A stretch of 56,618 nt of DNA from an uncultured Desulfovibrionaceae bacterium (GTDB taxonomy: Bacteria > Desulfobacterota > Desulfovibrionia > Desulfovibrionales > Desulfovibrionaceae), in contig CAYJDE010000001.1 of assembly GCA_964368805.1 (NCBI GenBank), positions 1 to 56,618 on the forward strand, read 5' to 3'. The stretch's first letter is position 1. Each line of letters opens with the position of its first letter. The notes below the pieces were generated by a model. The model ran no database searches. It was not told where the DNA came from and saw only the letters and a program-made list of their open reading frames with translations. Positions 37,590 to 46,031 of this stretch are shown one piece after another. The position numbers were made by a program, and so were the translations under genes.

Positions 37590-38867
37590 TCATTTCCATA
37601 AAGCCCGTATGGAACCTGTCCTATACATTTGACGGATTTTTTCCAAATCTATCCCCAAAGCCGCTGCAGCAAGAACAATCTGATTTAAAAGCACTACACG
37701 CCAAAAACCGCGTTCTTGCCAGCGTCGTCCCGAAGTTAGCACAGGCAAAGGAAGACCACATATTTTTCCCTTTTCTTTCATAGCTTTAACAAGGCATACA
37801 TCTTCTAAAATAGGCACATCTGCATACGCACCTAAAGCAAAAAAATCTTTTTTGCGCAAGAATAGTGCCTGATCGCCATAAGGCATGCGTTGCGCTCGCA
37901 CATTAGTTCCCCAAGTAAGCAATGCTTTCCCCCAAAAAGTACCGCTCACGGCAAAGCGAAAATAGCCCAATACTGGGCCGGTATTTTCCAACAAAAGCTT
38001 TCGCACCTCTCTATCCCATTGCGCTGGTAAAAGGGAATCTGCATGGAGAAAAAGCACAATATCTCCCGTGGCCCGCTCTGCCCCATAATTCATTTGCCTA
38101 GCTCTGCCTCTGCAATCTTCTGGACAAAGGAAAACTTTGGCACCCATATCTTGAGCTATGCGACATGTCGCATCGGTACTGCCCCCATCACAAACAAGAA
38201 CCTCTATTGCAAAACCTGTCATGGCACTAGCAATGGCTTTGGCAACCCGTTGCTCTTCTTGATAGGTAGGTAGGATGACAGTAATTTTTTGCGGAATATC
38301 TTCGGCATAATCTACATCCTGTAATGAAGGCAATAGTGCATAATGCCCCACTTTGGCCTTGGTTTGTGCAAGTACTGTGGAACTTCCCCAAGATATTTGC
38401 TCAAAAAAAGCTTTATGCACCCCTCCACGTAAGCCCATAAGATAATAACCTCCATCGACAGAAGGCCCCAATACACAGGTCTGTACATCAAGCAATGTTA
38501 AGGCATGCACTAAATTATCACATCTATTTTCTGGGCAATCTGACCCCATAAGTAGCACCTTACAATCTAGACCATTTTCAGTAAAAACGTGCAGAAAAGC
38601 CGCATACATACGTTGTCCTAAATCTCCTTGCACTTGCGGCACAAAAATGGGTCCATCTCCAAGCCAAGCTTGCATAGCTTCTTTACTGGCCCCCGTATAG
38701 TGTACTTGTACTTCATGGCCTGTAGCTAGGGCTTCACGCAAAGCAAATGCTGTCATGTTTCCATGCAGTTCGGCGGCAGCAGCAGCGCCCAAAGCAGGAA
38801 TCAATCGGGTTTTTGTTTGCCCTTCTACGGGATAGCGGGTAAATAAAATGATAATGGCTTTTTTCAT
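37590..38867 (-). CDS. Fusion protein: DUF2064 / TIGR04282-like nucleotidyl/glycosyl-transferase domain plus TIGR04283-like family-2 glycosyltransferase
   Basis: N-terminal domain MKKAIIILFTRYPVEGQTKTRLIPALGAAAAAEL. C-terminal domain ITVILPTYQEE...EVLVCDGGSTDAT...GRARQMNYGAE...LFLHADSLLP, which matches remembered motifs of the two families. ATG 38867. Confidence 0.75.
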   Translation of the reverse strand: MKKAIIILFTRYPVEGQTKTRLIPALGAAAAAELHGNMTAFALREALATGHEVQVHYTGASKEAMQAWLGDGPIFVPQVQGDLGQRMYAAFLHVFTENGLDCKVLLMGSDCPENRCDNLVHALTLLDVQTCVLGPSVDGGYYLMGLRGGVHKAFFEQISWGSSTVLAQTKAKVGHYALLPSLQDVDYAEDIPQKITVILPTYQEEQRVAKAIASAMTGFAIEVLVCDGGSTDATCRIAQDMGAKVFLCPEDCRGRARQMNYGAERATGDIVLFLHADSLLPAQWDREVRKLLLENTGPVLGYFRFAVSGTFWGKALLTWGTNVRAQRMPYGDQALFLRKKDFFALGAYADVPILEDVCLVKAMKEKGKICGLPLPVLTSGRRWQERGFWRVVLLNQIVLAAAALGIDLEKIRQMYRTGSIRALWK

Positions 38868-38890
38868 TTTGAGACCTCTGCACACTTTTG

Positions 38891-38918
38891 CAAAAAATAA
38901 GGGGGAAAACATTCCCCC
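38891..38918 (-). terminator. Rho-independent terminator after the secreted-protein gene
   Basis: Minus strand: GGGGGAA-TGTT-TTCCCCC followed by TTATTTTTTG. It ends only ~23 nt upstream of the start of the next gene. Confidence 0.7.
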
Positions 38919-39018
38919 TGTTTACTCATTCCGTCTATCTTGTGGATTTTGCATTGCCACCATCAGCGGTACTGCCGATACACAACACAAAATACTATAA
39001 AGCTCAAATACCAACAAA

Positions 39019-39864
39019 TTATTTTGTTATTTTCACCTCTATAGTATCATTTCCGGGAAAAATTATGGTTACGGTGGCATAATCACTTTTTAATACCATA
39101 TTACCGCTTTGAGCATCGTTATACAAGGAAAAAGCATTTATAACAGCTTCTTGTCCCGAACCTTGAATATCTTTTTTTTCTCCGTTGACCATAATACTTT
39201 GTAAGGATAGGTCGCCACTTTTAAAGCTTTCTGTCATGGGTAAAAGCACAGCAGTAATCAAGGGAAGCGTGAACTGCATACCTGTTACCACACCGTCCTT
39301 GATTTCTATGCCATTTTTTGCATAGTCCCACGAATGCCCACCAAAAGATAAGACATTTTTCTGTAAATCACCCAATTTCATACCTTGAGGCATCAAATCT
39401 TTCCACTCTTCAACAGTACGCCCGCCACCTATCAATTGCCACGCACCGGAAAAAGGTAGTCCGGCAGGTTCTTGCCGCAAATCGGTACCTACTTCATAAA
39501 TAACAGAGGGTTGGGTTTTTTCTAGGCTATTTCTATTCAAAGGACTAAAGTGTATGCTAATATTTTTTTTATCTTCTTTTGTGGCAATAAAAAATTGCCA
39601 TACTTTATCATCGCTAGTACTTACCACAAAACGGTCACATAAATCTTGTTTTAATTTCTCAGCGGAGATAAGCACTTGGCCTTGCGCTGCAAGATTTTGT
39701 GCAATGATACTGTTTGGCTTAGTACCCATGAGAGGATAGCAAGCTATCTTTTTTAAAAGTATATCCGTTTCATTTTTGAGGCTAACATCGGCTGCCATAA
39801 CAGGAGCATGACTAAGCAAGCTACAAAGAAAGACAGCTAGGGATAAGAGGGGGGTTTTCTTCAT
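39019..39864 (-). CDS. Hypothetical secreted protein
   Basis: Signal peptide MKKTPLLSLAVFLCSLLSHAPVMA|AD. AAGGAG RBS. No family recognised. Confidence 0.65.
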   Translation of the reverse strand: MKKTPLLSLAVFLCSLLSHAPVMAADVSLKNETDILLKKIACYPLMGTKPNSIIAQNLAAQGQVLISAEKLKQDLCDRFVVSTSDDKVWQFFIATKEDKKNISIHFSPLNRNSLEKTQPSVIYEVGTDLRQEPAGLPFSGAWQLIGGGRTVEEWKDLMPQGMKLGDLQKNVLSFGGHSWDYAKNGIEIKDGVVTGMQFTLPLITAVLLPMTESFKSGDLSLQSIMVNGEKKDIQGSGQEAVINAFSLYNDAQSGNMVLKSDYATVTIIFPGNDTIEVKITK

Positions 39865-39912
39865 ATATTTCTCCTTATTGCCTCTATCATTTAGCCTTTT
39901 TTCCGCACATTT

Positions 39913-41433
39913 TCAACTCTTTAATCCTCTATTTAACCACCAGCGCAACAATTTCGCCACCATGGGGGTTAATTTACTTTTTTTATACAAACCAGCCACT
40001 CGTTTGATGGCCGAAGCCTGTGTGGGATAAGGGTGAATAACATCACCCAATTTTGCAAGCCCCATACCCCCCACCATGGCTGTGGTAATTTCACTTATCA
40101 TTTCACCGGCATGGCTAGAAACAATAGTGGCACCCAAAATTTTATCGCTGCCCTTTTTCACCATGATCTTCACAAAACCTTGTGTTTCACCATCGGCCAC
40201 AGCTCTGTCAACTTCACTCATATCAAAGGAAAAAAATTCTACAGCAATGCCTTTTTCTTGGGCATCTTTTTCATACATACCCACATGGGCAATTTCTGGA
40301 TCCGTATACGTACACCAAGGCATAATAAGTGAACTTAAGCGTTTACGCCCCTTAAAAAGCGCATTTTGCACTACAATTTGCGCAGCAGCATCGGCAGCAT
40401 GAGTAAATTTCCATGCCATACAACAATCACCTGCAGCAAAAATATCTGCATTGCTGGTGCGCAAATTATCGTCCACCACTATGCCACGAGAGGTGAAATT
40501 TACACCTGCCGCTTCAAGTCCAAGACCTTCCACATTGGGCACACGCCCAGCACCTATAAGAATTTCATCACCCACAACAGCAACTTCTTTGCCGTTTTGC
40601 TCTACTACCACCACTTTCTTACCTGCAGCATTTGTTTCTGCCCGTAAAGTTTTTGCTTGCAAAAGCACTTCAATACCTTCACTAGCAAAAACATCTGCCA
40701 ATAAAGCCGAAGCCCGAGGATCTTCGTGAGGTAAAAAAGTCGTTTTTTGGATGATAGTTACTTGAGAACCTAGCCGGCGAAAGGCTTGGGCCAGTTCACA
40801 ACCAATGGGACCACCACCAATGACTATAAGATGTTCAGGTAAGCTTGTAAGATTAAAAATATTTTCGTTAGTTAAAAAACCCACTTCATCAAGGCCTGGC
40901 AAGGTAGGATGCAAAGCTCGTGCTCCGGAACAAATGGCCGCTTTACGAAAATGCAACACCTGTCCGTCCACCTCTAAGGTATGCGGGCCGGTAAAAACCC
41001 CTTGCCCACGAAAAACATCTACGCCCATATCTGTATAACGTTTGGCGGAGTCGTGTTTACTAATTTCCGCACGAATACGCCGTAAACGTTGCATAATCGT
41101 AGAAAAATCTTCAGCACTACTCTCTTTAGGGCTTAAGCCAAAATGAGTAGCCTGCCGCATTTCATGCGCCAAACGTGCAGGGCGAATAAGGCTTTTTGAT
41201 GGCACACAGCCCGTCACCAAACAATCCCCACCCATGAAAGCACGTTCCACCAAGGCCACTTTACCACCTAATGAGGCCACAATGATGGAGACAATAAGCC
41301 CTGCTGTACCACCTCCTACAGCTACCATGGAATACATGGGGGCTGCTTTGGGATTTACCCAATCTTTGGGGGCTGTATTTTCTGCTAAAATACCATCGTG
41401 TTCATTGGCATCAAGTAATAATGGAAAGGACAT
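39913..41433 (-). CDS. Class-I pyridine nucleotide-disulfide oxidoreductase (mercuric reductase / dihydrolipoamide dehydrogenase-like)
   Basis: FAD motif VAVGGGTAGL. Redox-active disulfide GGDCLVTGCVPSK. NAD motif VIGGGPIGCELA. C-terminal dimerisation domain with HPYPT. AGGAG RBS. Starts 2 nt after the TVP38 gene stop. Confidence 0.85.
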   Translation of the reverse strand: MSFPLLLDANEHDGILAENTAPKDWVNPKAAPMYSMVAVGGGTAGLIVSIIVASLGGKVALVERAFMGGDCLVTGCVPSKSLIRPARLAHEMRQATHFGLSPKESSAEDFSTIMQRLRRIRAEISKHDSAKRYTDMGVDVFRGQGVFTGPHTLEVDGQVLHFRKAAICSGARALHPTLPGLDEVGFLTNENIFNLTSLPEHLIVIGGGPIGCELAQAFRRLGSQVTIIQKTTFLPHEDPRASALLADVFASEGIEVLLQAKTLRAETNAAGKKVVVVEQNGKEVAVVGDEILIGAGRVPNVEGLGLEAAGVNFTSRGIVVDDNLRTSNADIFAAGDCCMAWKFTHAADAAAQIVVQNALFKGRKRLSSLIMPWCTYTDPEIAHVGMYEKDAQEKGIAVEFFSFDMSEVDRAVADGETQGFVKIMVKKGSDKILGATIVSSHAGEMISEITTAMVGGMGLAKLGDVIHPYPTQASAIKRVAGLYKKSKLTPMVAKLLRWWLNRGLKS

Positions 41434-41435
41434 AA

Positions 41436-42089
41436 TTACTCCTGTAAGCTTTTTCTAGCTTTACTGACAAGTACCGTTAAAATAACTAAAATAAGTGCAA
41501 CAACACCCACTAAAACCCAAGGAATTTCTCCATTGCTAATGGAATAGGTGATGGCATCGGTGCCCACCACATACAAAGCTGTGCCTGGAATAATACAAAG
41601 AAAAGTCCAAAAGACATACGTGAGAAAGGGAACTTTTGTTAAACCAAAACCATAGTTGAGCATATTAAAGGGGAAAAGCGGTACAAGGCGAGTTATGGCC
41701 ACAATAATACTACCATTTTTTTGCGTAATAGCATCTAATTTTTGGAATTTTTCATTCTTCCCAAGCCAAGATTCCACGGAAGAACGCAATAGATAGCGGG
41801 CAATAAGAAAACATAAGGCAGCCCCAATGGTGGCACCGGTAATAACTACCAAAACTCCCACCACAGAGCCGAATAACACACCGGCCATGATACTTAAGGC
41901 CGAGCCTGGAAAAGCGATGACGGTGCCTAAAGCATACGCAAAAATAAAGATGACAGGGCCCCAATTACCTTGCGCTGCCACCCATTCTTTAAAGGTAACT
42001 AAGTACTGGTCAAGGCCCAAACTACGTACGGCAACAATGGCACCGATAACAAAAACCACCAGGACAATATTTTTTATCCATTTTGACAT
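41436..42089 (-). CDS. TVP38/TMEM64 (DedA/SNARE-associated) family membrane protein
   Basis: 217 aa and polytopic. FPGSALSIMAGVLFG... and RLVPLFPFNMLNYGFGLT are typical of the family. AAGGAG RBS before ATG 42089. Confidence 0.78.
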   Translation of the reverse strand: MSKWIKNIVLVVFVIGAIVAVRSLGLDQYLVTFKEWVAAQGNWGPVIFIFAYALGTVIAFPGSALSIMAGVLFGSVVGVLVVITGATIGAALCFLIARYLLRSSVESWLGKNEKFQKLDAITQKNGSIIVAITRLVPLFPFNMLNYGFGLTKVPFLTYVFWTFLCIIPGTALYVVGTDAITYSISNGEIPWVLVGVVALILVILTVLVSKARKSLQE

Positions 42090-42380
42090 TCTATACTCCT
42101 TTTGATAAAAACCGAGCATTATTTGCCATGAAAAAATATTAATTTACAGATATTTTGAATGAAATAAGACTATAGCAGTTCCGCTTGACATTTGTACTAT
42201 CAAGCTCTTAAAGGCACGCCTCGCTATGGCGTTACACGTGCAAATAAATGACACTTACGTCTCAGCGGCGGTGACCTGCTTTTTCAGGCGTGATAGCAAG
42301 TCCAAGTAGAATTGCTATCACGAAATAATTTTTATCTTTTAAACTAGGAAGTAAGGCCAGTCATTCGTTTCAGGATTTTG

Positions 42381-43316
42381 TTATTTTCCACCACATGCAG
42401 TACCAGCCATGAAACAAGTATAACAGCGATGATGACGCAGCATGACACGATAAAGCATAGCTTGTTCTAAGGTGCTAGCCAAAGCATAGTCTGGATCATC
42501 ATCCACCAAAGTGCAAGCATATACACGCATACCGTCAGCACGCTTCACAACCATCTTACTGTAATTGCACATGAATTTTTCACGTTCTTCTTGCGTTTTA
42601 TATAAGGTCATACATTGTTCGCTAATATTTGGCACATCAGGTGCAGCATTTGGTTCAAGCAAATCAGGGAAGGACACAAAAGGAATGGTAGTTGGTAAAC
42701 CTTTACGACAAAACTGTACTTCGTAGGAAGCATTTATTTCTTCTTCTCTATTTTCAGGCACCTGTTTACGTGCCACAGAAAGAGCAAAGCCCAGCGCATG
42801 TAATTGAGACAAAGCGTCCAAAGCTTTATCAAAGGAGCCATGGCCACGCTGGGCATCATGTTCCCAAGGGTAAGGAGAATCTAAACTTATTCGAAAAGAA
42901 AGCGGATATCTACTTTGTTTAAACGGCGCAAGCTGAGGTAAAGCTTTGTGCAAAGGCATAGTGCCATTAGTAAGCACAAAACATGGCGCCACATCAAGGG
43001 AAGCATCTAAAATATCTGTCATATGCGGATTTACAAAGGGCTCTCCACCGGTAAAAGCTATTTTTTGCACGTCAAATTTTTTAGCTTCATCCAAAAAAGG
43101 TAGCACGTCTTCTAAACTAGGTGCCAAAAGACGTTTATTTCCAGGAGATGAGCCTTCAAAACAAAAGGGACAGTGCAAATTGCAATTGGTTCCCGTATGA
43201 AACCATAACTCTGCTAATTTTTGAGGTTGTATAAAACCGCGATTTTCACCGCTTTGTGTGTAATACCATTCAGGCACAGATAAATGATGAGGCGTTTTAG
43301 CTTTTTCTTGAAACAT
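42381..43316 (-). CDS. Radical SAM enzyme with a C-terminal Cys-rich tail (ArsS / rSAM_SeCys-like tail; family uncertain)
   Basis: CX3CX2C motif TNCNLHCPFC. IAFTGGEPF (SAM-binding GGE). C-terminal HHRCYTCFMAGTACGGK. GAAGGG RBS before ATG 43316. Confidence 0.7.
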   Translation of the reverse strand: MFQEKAKTPHHLSVPEWYYTQSGENRGFIQPQKLAELWFHTGTNCNLHCPFCFEGSSPGNKRLLAPSLEDVLPFLDEAKKFDVQKIAFTGGEPFVNPHMTDILDASLDVAPCFVLTNGTMPLHKALPQLAPFKQSRYPLSFRISLDSPYPWEHDAQRGHGSFDKALDALSQLHALGFALSVARKQVPENREEEINASYEVQFCRKGLPTTIPFVSFPDLLEPNAAPDVPNISEQCMTLYKTQEEREKFMCNYSKMVVKRADGMRVYACTLVDDDPDYALASTLEQAMLYRVMLRHHRCYTCFMAGTACGGK

Positions 43317-43547
43317 ACTACCCTTCTTTGCAAAAATTTCAGACAAGAAACAATAACTTACAGACCAAAGACATGTAAGGCGAAAAAGGCACAATAAAAG
43401 CAAAAAACAATGAAAACAAAAAAGACTTGGGAAATTAAAAGCGGGAAAACATAATTCTTAGTTGCGCACTAAGAATTAGTAGAATAAAAAAATGCTCACG
43501 CACAAGTTTAAAGTATATGCTTTTACGAAGAAAAGCAATTATTTTTT

Positions 43548-44201
43548 TCAATCTCTATGTGCTATAATGGCGAGGGCATTGATTACGGAAGCCACTAAAG
43601 GAGAGCCGCCTTTGCGTCCGCATACTGTCATGCACACATGACCGCTTTGCATCAGAAGTTCTTTAGATTCTACTGCATTAACAAAGCCAACCGGCATACC
43701 GACTATCAAAGCTGGCGGCGATATTTTTTGCCCTGCTCCATTGGCATTAAGCACGTCTAGCAAGGTTAATAGTGCCGTGGGGGCATTACCAATAGCTACA
43801 ATATTACCGGCCAATTGCTCTTTTATATGTAATATACCAGCCTTTGAACGGGTGCAATTGTGTACTTTAGCATACTCTTGTACACCTTCCCCTCGTAAAA
43901 TGCATTGAACCTTTACCCCTAAAGGATCTAAGCGTCGTGCCACCATGCCACAACGAGCCATTTCTGTATCAGTGAAAATAGTACAACCAGCACGTAGAGC
44001 CTTAAGTCCGGCATGCAAAGCTTCTTGGGAAAGCACAGCATCATGTACAATGGAAACATCTCCGGTAGTATGGGCCATGCGCCTTGCAATCTCCCATAAG
44101 TGATCAGCATAGGGACGAGGCGTTGGCACCTCGCTATCAATGATAGCAAAAGAGCGTTCTTCAATACTTTCAGGCGTATGTGCGGAATCTAGAGTAATCA
44201 T
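43548..44201 (-). CDS. cbiC: Cobalt-precorrin-8 methylmutase
   Basis: 217 aa. SFAIIDSEV, TDTEMARCG, IGNAPTALLTLL and CGRKGGSPLVASVINAL are CbiC/CobH-like. ATGA overlap with cbiA. Confidence 0.85.
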   Translation of the reverse strand: MITLDSAHTPESIEERSFAIIDSEVPTPRPYADHLWEIARRMAHTTGDVSIVHDAVLSQEALHAGLKALRAGCTIFTDTEMARCGMVARRLDPLGVKVQCILRGEGVQEYAKVHNCTRSKAGILHIKEQLAGNIVAIGNAPTALLTLLDVLNANGAGQKISPPALIVGMPVGFVNAVESKELLMQSGHVCMTVCGRKGGSPLVASVINALAIIAHRD

Positions 44202-45664
44202 ACTATTTCCTTATGGCTTTGTAAGTGAAAAATATATGTTAAAAGCTCACGAGATCCCTCAGGATATAAATGTATCCACGAAGCCCAGATATTGCCATGT
44301 ACAAGGCCACACACTTCCCCAGAAAGAGCAGTATTTTTGCGGTCTTCTACCTGCCAAAGAGGGGTATATTCTTGCACCTCCTGCATGTCTTCACGCACTC
44401 GTCCGTAGTGAAACTCATGCCCACGCCCCTGCAAATGCGGCTGTGCTTGCAAGCGTACATGCCTATATCCCAGGGCTGCTTTTTGCTGCCCAATATATGC
44501 AGAACACGGGAGCAAAGCACAAAGAGGATAGTTTTTCCCTTCAAACTCCAACCCTTGCATCAAATAGATATACCCACCACATTCAGCATAAATACGTCCG
44601 GAAAAATCATAGCGAGCTTGTTTTTCTGCAAAATCACGTATACTTTGTAGCATGGAAACATTGCTGGCCAGTTGCTGTGCATAAAGCTCTGGGTACCCTC
44701 CGGGAAAGTATAATGCCGTGCATCCTTGCGGCACTGCGCCATCTTCTAAAGGCGAAAAAAAGACACACTCCGCCCCTAATTCTTGAAGCACCGCCGGCAT
44801 ATCTGCGTATAAAAAGGCAAAAGCCGCATCAAAAGCTATGCCAATGCGCGCTTTTTGAGGGATATTTTCTTGCAAAACGTGTTCAAGAGGCTCATGCACC
44901 AAAGCTTCTTGGTCAAATACATTAGAAGATAGTTGCGGCGATGAAAAAGTATACGTCGTTGTTGCTAATAAGGCGTCAATATTAAGATATTCTTCTGCAA
45001 ATGCCGCCAAAGCACAGCGTTTTTCGCCAGTCCAAAAAACTTCATGAGCCATATGTAAGCCCAAATGCCGAGAAGGTAAAGCAAAGCGTATATCTTTGGG
45101 CAAATAACCCAATACAGGAAGGCTTTCAGCGAAAACATCATAAAAAGCCTCTTCTAAAAGGTTTTTATGTTGCGTACTCCCCACATGGGTGCAAATAATA
45201 CCAGCAAAAGAAAGCTGCGGTTGGGTACGCACAAAACCTGCCGCAAGGGCTGCTGCCGATTGTGCCATGCCTTGCACATTGAGCACCAAAACAATGGGTA
45301 ATTGCAAAAAATGCGCACAATGCGCTGAAGATCCAAGCCCTCCCATGCCGCTAGCCCCATCAAAAAGTCCCATTACCCCTTCAGCAAGCACAACATCTGG
45401 CAATACACCATCTGGCCTTGGCGATGAAAGCATACGTGCATACGCACGCCCCATGCCTTCTTCTCCGCCCATCCACGCATCAAGATTATACGAAGGAGCG
45501 TTGGTAAACAGAGTATGATGTGACGGGTCGATGAAATCCGGCCCCACCTTACAGGCTTGCAAAACAAGACCTCTTTCTTGCAAGGCCGCCAGCAAAGCAA
45601 GGCTTACCGTGGTTTTGCCTGCACCACTGTGTGTTCCTGCCACAAGAAAAGCGTGTTTGAGCAA
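44198..45664 (-). CDS. cbiA: Cobyrinate a,c-diamide synthase
   Basis: AGTHSGAGKTTVSLALLAAL P-loop. C-terminal GATase domain with ECGGYIYL and GHEFHY. Apparent TTG start at 45664. Confidence 0.88.
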   Translation of the reverse strand: MLKHAFLVAGTHSGAGKTTVSLALLAALQERGLVLQACKVGPDFIDPSHHTLFTNAPSYNLDAWMGGEEGMGRAYARMLSSPRPDGVLPDVVLAEGVMGLFDGASGMGGLGSSAHCAHFLQLPIVLVLNVQGMAQSAAALAAGFVRTQPQLSFAGIICTHVGSTQHKNLLEEAFYDVFAESLPVLGYLPKDIRFALPSRHLGLHMAHEVFWTGEKRCALAAFAEEYLNIDALLATTTYTFSSPQLSSNVFDQEALVHEPLEHVLQENIPQKARIGIAFDAAFAFLYADMPAVLQELGAECVFFSPLEDGAVPQGCTALYFPGGYPELYAQQLASNVSMLQSIRDFAEKQARYDFSGRIYAECGGYIYLMQGLEFEGKNYPLCALLPCSAYIGQQKAALGYRHVRLQAQPHLQGRGHEFHYGRVREDMQEVQEYTPLWQVEDRKNTALSGEVCGLVHGNIWASWIHLYPEGSRELLTYIFHLQSHKEIV

Positions 45665-45666
45665 AG

Positions 45667-45900
45667 TTAGCGTGCTCTTAGGGCTTCTTCAATGATAGCA
45701 GAGTCATTTGCGCCCGCTTCAACTTTCAGTTCCGCATGGCCACCTTGGCAATGAAGCTTTCCAGCGATATACTCAACGAATCCTGCAGAAAGCACCTTTC
45801 CGTAAGGTAACTGTTCCCGCATATCGGCATGATCTACACGCCGAGGAAAAATAAAAGGCACGGGCTGACCAGAAAAATCTTCCATAATTAAGTATTTCAT
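45667..45900 (-). CDS. Small hypothetical protein (77 aa), packed against cbiA
   Basis: GAGGAGG RBS before ATG 45900. Its stop lies 2 nt before the cbiA start. No motif recognised. Confidence 0.55.
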   Translation of the reverse strand: MKYLIMEDFSGQPVPFIFPRRVDHADMREQLPYGKVLSAGFVEYIAGKLHCQGGHAELKVEAGANDSAIIEEALRAR

Positions 45901-46031
45901 TTTACAAAGCCTCCTCTTTTCATGGGTATCAAGAATGTAAACAGTAGAACGACACAAGGGAAAATAGAGGTAAAACATGTATTTTTACTAGCTAGCAATG
46001 CTAGAAACTCGCACCTACAGTACTGTACATA

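Noticed and set aside
42381-43316. Selenocysteine recoding in the radical SAM Cys-rich tail
   Set aside because: The tail positions are ordinary Cys codons and the ORF ends in TAA. There is no in-frame TGA or downstream extension.
44140-44925. 261-aa ORF antisense to cbiA
   Set aside because: It lies fully inside and antisense to a confidently identified gene, and it has no recognisable motifs. It is a typical shadow ORF.
45901-46031. Cobalamin riboswitch upstream of the cbi operon
   Set aside because: The gap is only ~131 nt, and I see no B12-box-like conserved core. It is too short for the ~200-nt aptamer plus expression platform.
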